DNA from: Bacteroidota bacterium
GTDB taxonomy: Bacteria > Bacteroidota > Bacteroidia > NS11-12g > UBA955
Assembly: GCA_016868535.1 (NCBI GenBank)
Contig: VGGQ01000001.1
Span: 16,567-80,566, forward strand
DNA length: 64,000 bases
Direction: 5' to 3'
Shown here piece after piece: positions 59,729-64,000 of the stretch. The position numbers and the translations under genes are program-made. Below the pieces are notes generated by a model, which worked only from the letters and a program-made list of their open reading frames with translations, was not told the origin of the DNA and ran no database searches. Numbering within the stretch: the first letter of the stretch is position 1; each line of letters opens with the position of its first letter.

Positions 59729-61309
59729 TTATTCGGTAAATCCTTTTGCTACTTCCTTGCCGGCTTCGCTGAGTAGAGTGGTGATAGAATCATCAATCTT
59801 GCCACCTCTGAGCTGTTCCAGGACATCAGCATATTTGTTTTCCAAATACTCGAGGTAAGCTGTTTCAAAAGCACGAACCTTGTTTACAGGAATGCTGCGC
59901 AACTGGTTGCTGGTACCCAGATATATGATGGCTATCTGCTTCTCTAGACTCACGGGGCTGAACTGATGCTGTTTCAGCAGTTCCACGTTGCGGGAACCTT
60001 TATCCAATACTGCTTTGGTAGCGGCATCAAGGTCAGAACCAAATTTGGCAAACGCTTCCAGTTCACGGTACTGGGCCTGGTCAAGTTTCAGGGTACCGGC
60101 TACCTTCTTCATGGATTTAATCTGGGCATTACCACCTACACGGCTTACCGAAATACCCACGTTGATGGCGGGACGTACCCCTGCGTTGAACAGGTTCGAC
60201 TCAAGAAATATCTGTCCATCGGTAATTGAAATCACATTTGTTGGGATATACGCCGAAACGTCACCTGCCTGTGTCTCAATGATGGGAAGAGCTGTAAGTG
60301 AACCACCACCTTTTACTATGTCTTGAAGGCTTGGAGGCAGGTCATTCATTTTCTCTGTAATTTCTGTGCTTGCATTCAGTTTGCACGCTCTTTCCAGAAG
60401 GCGGCTGTGCAGGTAGAATACGTCCCCGGGATAAGCTTCACGTCCGGGAGGGCGGCGCAGCAGCAGCGATACTTCGCGATAGGCAACAGCCTGCTTTGAA
60501 AGATCATCGTATACCACCAGTGCAGGCAATCCAAGGTCGCGGAAATATTCGCCGATGGCGGCGCCGGCCATAGGAGCAAAGAACTGAAGCGGCGCTGGAG
60601 AAGACGCGGGAGAAGAAACCACCACGGTATAAGGCATAGCACCATTTTCTTCAAGCGATTTCACCACCTGCTTCACTGTAGATTCTTTCTGACCACAGGC
60701 TACATAAATGCAATATACGGGCTGTCCTTTTTCGTAAAAATCTTTCTGATTGATAATGGTATCCAGTGCGATGGTAGTTTTACCTGTCTGGCGGTCACCG
60801 ATAATCAATTCGCGCTGTCCGCGGCCGATAGGAATCATGGCGTCAATCGCTTTAATACCGGTTTGCAGGGGTTCCTTAACGGGTTCGCGGAACAATACAC
60901 CGGGTGCTTTACGTTCAAGCGGCATTTCAAAGACATCACCTGAAATTGGGCCTTTTCCATCGATAGGCTCTCCCAAGGTATTTAAAACGCGACCCAGCAT
61001 GCCGTGTCCTACATTGATACTGGCAATTTTACCGGTGCGCTTTACTTTGTGGCCTTCCTTGATGTCGGTACTGCTACCCATCAATACGGCACCTACATTG
61101 TCTTCTTCAAGGTTCAATGCTACGGCGCGAATTCCATTGTCAAATTCAACGAGTTCACCGCTTTGCACACCAAAGAGTCCGAAAATACGGGCAATACCGT
61201 CTCCTACCTGGAGAACGGTACCTACTTCTTCTAAACTGACTGCACCGCTGAAACCGGAAATTTGTTCCTTGAGGATGCTGGATACTTCATCAGGTCTTAT
61301 TTGTGACAT
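59729..61309 (-). CDS. atpA: ATP synthase F1 alpha subunit
   Basis: 'GDRQTGKT' Walker A and alpha-specific C-terminus. Confidence 0.95.
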   Translation of the reverse strand: MSQIRPDEVSSILKEQISGFSGAVSLEEVGTVLQVGDGIARIFGLFGVQSGELVEFDNGIRAVALNLEEDNVGAVLMGSSTDIKEGHKVKRTGKIASINVGHGMLGRVLNTLGEPIDGKGPISGDVFEMPLERKAPGVLFREPVKEPLQTGIKAIDAMIPIGRGQRELIIGDRQTGKTTIALDTIINQKDFYEKGQPVYCIYVACGQKESTVKQVVKSLEENGAMPYTVVVSSPASSPAPLQFFAPMAGAAIGEYFRDLGLPALVVYDDLSKQAVAYREVSLLLRRPPGREAYPGDVFYLHSRLLERACKLNASTEITEKMNDLPPSLQDIVKGGGSLTALPIIETQAGDVSAYIPTNVISITDGQIFLESNLFNAGVRPAINVGISVSRVGGNAQIKSMKKVAGTLKLDQAQYRELEAFAKFGSDLDAATKAVLDKGSRNVELLKQHQFSPVSLEKQIAIIYLGTSNQLRSIPVNKVRAFETAYLEYLENKYADVLEQLRGGKIDDSITTLLSEAGKEVAKGFTE

Positions 61310-61318
61310 TATTTCTTT

Positions 61319-61849
61319 TTAAGCTAAGTTTAGTTCTTTTTTCATTTTGTTAATCTGACCGATAACAGAGCTGTCATACATTCTGCCATCAAAGAGGATG
61401 GTCAGTCCGCCAATGAGTGCGGAATTTACTTTTTGTGTAATAACTACTTGTTTGTTGCCGGCATTTTTCTTTACAAACTGCTCAATACCGGAAAGTGTAT
61501 CTTTATCCAGAGCTATAGCACTGGTAACTTCAGCCAGGGTAATACCATTGGCTTTGTTGTAAATATTGATGAATGATTGCGCCATTTCGCCCAATAAATT
61601 TTCACGGCTTTTGTCGGCCATCATATCGAAAACAGACAGGGTAATTTCATCGAATCCTTTGAATATCTGACGCAACACCTCTTTCTTTTTGCTTTTGTGA
61701 AGCAAAGGACTCTCCAGAAAAGATGTTAATTCGGGTGAAGCGGCAATTGCATCCAACAGATTACCAGCATCGCCAGCAACCGCATCGAGCTGCTTTTTTT
61801 CAGCGGCAATATCGAAAAGGCACTTGGCGTAACGGGATGCGATTTTCAT
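61319..61849 (-). CDS. atpH: ATP synthase F1 delta (OSCP) subunit
   Basis: 176 aa, OSCP-like, between atpF and atpA. Confidence 0.8.
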   Translation of the reverse strand: MKIASRYAKCLFDIAAEKKQLDAVAGDAGNLLDAIAASPELTSFLESPLLHKSKKKEVLRQIFKGFDEITLSVFDMMADKSRENLLGEMAQSFINIYNKANGITLAEVTSAIALDKDTLSGIEQFVKKNAGNKQVVITQKVNSALIGGLTILFDGRMYDSSVIGQINKMKKELNLA

Positions 61850-61859
61850 GAAGTCTTAA

Positions 61860-62369
61860 TTATGCAGTTGCTTTTTGTCGCTTATCTAGTTTGCTGAGCT
61901 GATCAGCAATGAGTGCTTTCTGAGCATCATTGTTTTCCAGTTCTTTTTCTACCAGTTTCTGGGCTATTTGCAATGAGAACTGAGCTACTTCTTTTTTAAG
62001 CTCATCTAAAGCAGCATTCTTTTGGCGACTGATTTCGTCTTTGGCACGTGAAATAAGGCGCTTGGCTTCCTCATCGGCAGCATTTTTTGCCTCACTCACA
62101 ATTTTCCCTTTGATTTCACGCGCTTCTTTGAGAATGGTTTCTCTTTCGGCACGTGCTTCTGCCAGCAGATTTTCATTCTGCTGATTGAGTTTTTGCATTT
62201 CAGCGCGCGCATTGGCGGCTTCCTGAAGCGATTTTTCGATGGTTTCTTCCCTCTCCTTCATCGATGTGAGGATGGGTTTCCATGCATATTTTTTGAGGAT
62301 GAAAAGCAACAACGAGAACGTTACCAGCATCCAGAATACAAGGCCTATAGCGGGGGTTACTAACTCCAT
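61860..62369 (-). CDS. atpF: ATP synthase F0 b subunit
   Basis: One N-terminal TM helix plus a long charged coiled-coil. True start MELVTP (internal ATG). Confidence 0.8.
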   Translation of the reverse strand: MELVTPAIGLVFWMLVTFSLLLFILKKYAWKPILTSMKEREETIEKSLQEAANARAEMQKLNQQNENLLAEARAERETILKEAREIKGKIVSEAKNAADEEAKRLISRAKDEISRQKNAALDELKKEVAQFSLQIAQKLVEKELENNDAQKALIADQLSKLDKRQKATA

Positions 62370-62431
62370 GTTTTTTGATTTTCTTTCTTTTTGAAATATG
62401 GTTGCCCGCCGCAGCGGGCAACCGGTTAGGA

Positions 62432-62716
<285 letters not shown>

Positions 62717-62739
62717 TTATTGTTGTTTTATTAATGGTG

Positions 62740-63825
62740 TTATGCATGATGATGCTCTTCGATAGCCATACCTATATATATGGCAGTTAGCAGGGCAAAT
62801 ACGTAAGCTTGAAGGAAAGCAACCAGCAATTCGAGAAGGCTCATAAACAAGGTAAAGGCCACGGAAAGCGGACTAACCGCATAGCCCAGCCACGGATTCA
62901 TGGCACCGAATATAAATATGAGGCTAAAAAAAGCCAGGATAATAATATGACCTGCGGTTATGTTTGCAAACAAACGAAGCATCAAAACAAAAGGCCTCAG
63001 TATTACACCGAGAATCTCGATGGGGATAATAATAAGATACATGGCCTTGGGTACGTCGGGTAGAAAAATGTGTTTCCAGTAGTATTTATTTCCGATAAAA
63101 TTCACCGTAAGGAATACTACCAGAGCCAAAACCATTGTTATGGCAATATTACCTGTAACGTTTGCGCCTCCAGGGAAAATCGGAATAAGACCGAAAATGT
63201 TATTTACGAAAATAAAAAAGAAAATACTGAGGATGAGGGGCATGTAGCGCTCATACTTGGTACCGATAGACGATTTGGCTACGTCATCACGCAGAAATAA
63301 TATAAGTGGCTCAATAATATTAACAAATCCTTTGGGGGCTTGTCCATGGCGCCTGCTGTAAGTGCGGGCAACAGAAATCATAATGATGAGAAGCGTTATT
63401 ACAGCAATAAACATCGCCAGAACATTTTTGGTGATGCTTAGATCATAGATAGCTTCTGAATTGGATTCGTTTTCCCAGATTATTTGGTTATTTTCGTTGA
63501 GCCTAAAACCTTTGTAGGCATTGTGTCCATGGTTGAAGTGAGAACTGGAAAAAACAGACACCCCCTGACTTTTTGTGTAAACAATTACAGGCAAAGGAAT
63601 GGAGGTGTGCCCCCAAAGATGCCAGTCGTGCGAATCAGAAATATGCTCCATAATGAGCTTACCCGGATCGATTTTTTCCTCTGAATGCGTATTTTCATGA
63701 CCTTTTTCAAGAGCATGTTCAGTGTCTGAGGCAAAAAGACCAAACGTAAAAAACGCAAAAAATAAAGACAACACTAAAATTTTGGAAGATCTGTATCCGC
63801 TGAAAAGCGCCGAAAAATAGGGCAT
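62740..63825 (-). CDS. atpB: ATP synthase F0 a subunit
   Basis: 'LMLRLFANITAGH' conserved Arg region of subunit a. Probable start MPYFSALF at 63825. Confidence 0.8.
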   Translation of the reverse strand: MPYFSALFSGYRSSKILVLSLFFAFFTFGLFASDTEHALEKGHENTHSEEKIDPGKLIMEHISDSHDWHLWGHTSIPLPVIVYTKSQGVSVFSSSHFNHGHNAYKGFRLNENNQIIWENESNSEAIYDLSITKNVLAMFIAVITLLIIMISVARTYSRRHGQAPKGFVNIIEPLILFLRDDVAKSSIGTKYERYMPLILSIFFFIFVNNIFGLIPIFPGGANVTGNIAITMVLALVVFLTVNFIGNKYYWKHIFLPDVPKAMYLIIIPIEILGVILRPFVLMLRLFANITAGHIIILAFFSLIFIFGAMNPWLGYAVSPLSVAFTLFMSLLELLVAFLQAYVFALLTAIYIGMAIEEHHHA

Positions 63826-63829
63826 TTGC

Positions 63830-64000
63830 TTATTTACACCGTCCATTGAAATCGGGGTGCAATTTACGACGAATTTGGGAAATTTCAAACACCATTAACA
63901 GGAAAAAACTACCTGTGTAAGAAATGATAAAGGGAAAATTGAGAGGGCGAAACGCAAACAAAGAAATTGCAAGAAAAAAAATAGCTGCCAACATTCTCAG
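63830..64000 (-). CDS. Partial small membrane protein upstream of atpB (AtpZ/AtpI-like), truncated by the window edge
   Basis: Hydrophobic '...LAAIFFLAISLFAF...FFLLMVF' immediately upstream of atpB. Confidence 0.3.
   Translation of the reverse strand: MRMLAAIFFLAISLFAFRPLNFPFIISYTGSFFLLMVFEISQIRRKLHPDFNGRCK

Overview
This window reads as a core-genome stretch of a Bacteroidota genome with about 45% GC. The phylum call rests on gliding-motility GldB, a T9SS C-terminal sorting domain, CarbopepD_reg/DUF5686 outer-membrane proteins, and an atpBEFHAG operon without atpD/C. It is densely packed with roughly 60 genes and has no transposases, integrases, CRISPR arrays, or obvious defence or phage islands. 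Recognisable contents are a System-I-type cytochrome c maturation cluster (ccmC-D-E-F) next to proline dehydrogenase, a split dnaX, dnaG, relA/spoT, and purC-phoH. It also has three two-component systems, several outer-membrane beta-barrel proteins, an HMA-protein + TonB-dependent-receptor pair, and nadE. Also present are a PAP2 + GT39 (ArnT-like) pair, M20 peptidases, ZupT, SPFH/NfeD, and the F0F1 ATP synthase operon. Four things stand out. First, the Ccm cluster is unusual for this phylum: it is System I, its CcmE carries a Cys-for-His CxxxY heme-binding motif, its CcmC is domain-extended, and its CcmF is 879 aa. Second, dnaX ends right after an A10 tract, and the next ORF, in the -1 frame and open across that tract, looks like the tau C-terminus. 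That fits -1 frameshifting or transcriptional slippage making tau, or else a homopolymer indel. Third, there are two more frame disruptions: a lipoprotein gene split at an A7 run, and a small membrane ORF with an in-frame TGA. Fourth, there are some small repeat and regulatory oddities. I found no clearly new multi-gene system. Every functional call is inferred from motifs I could read in the translations. Nothing was searched against a database.
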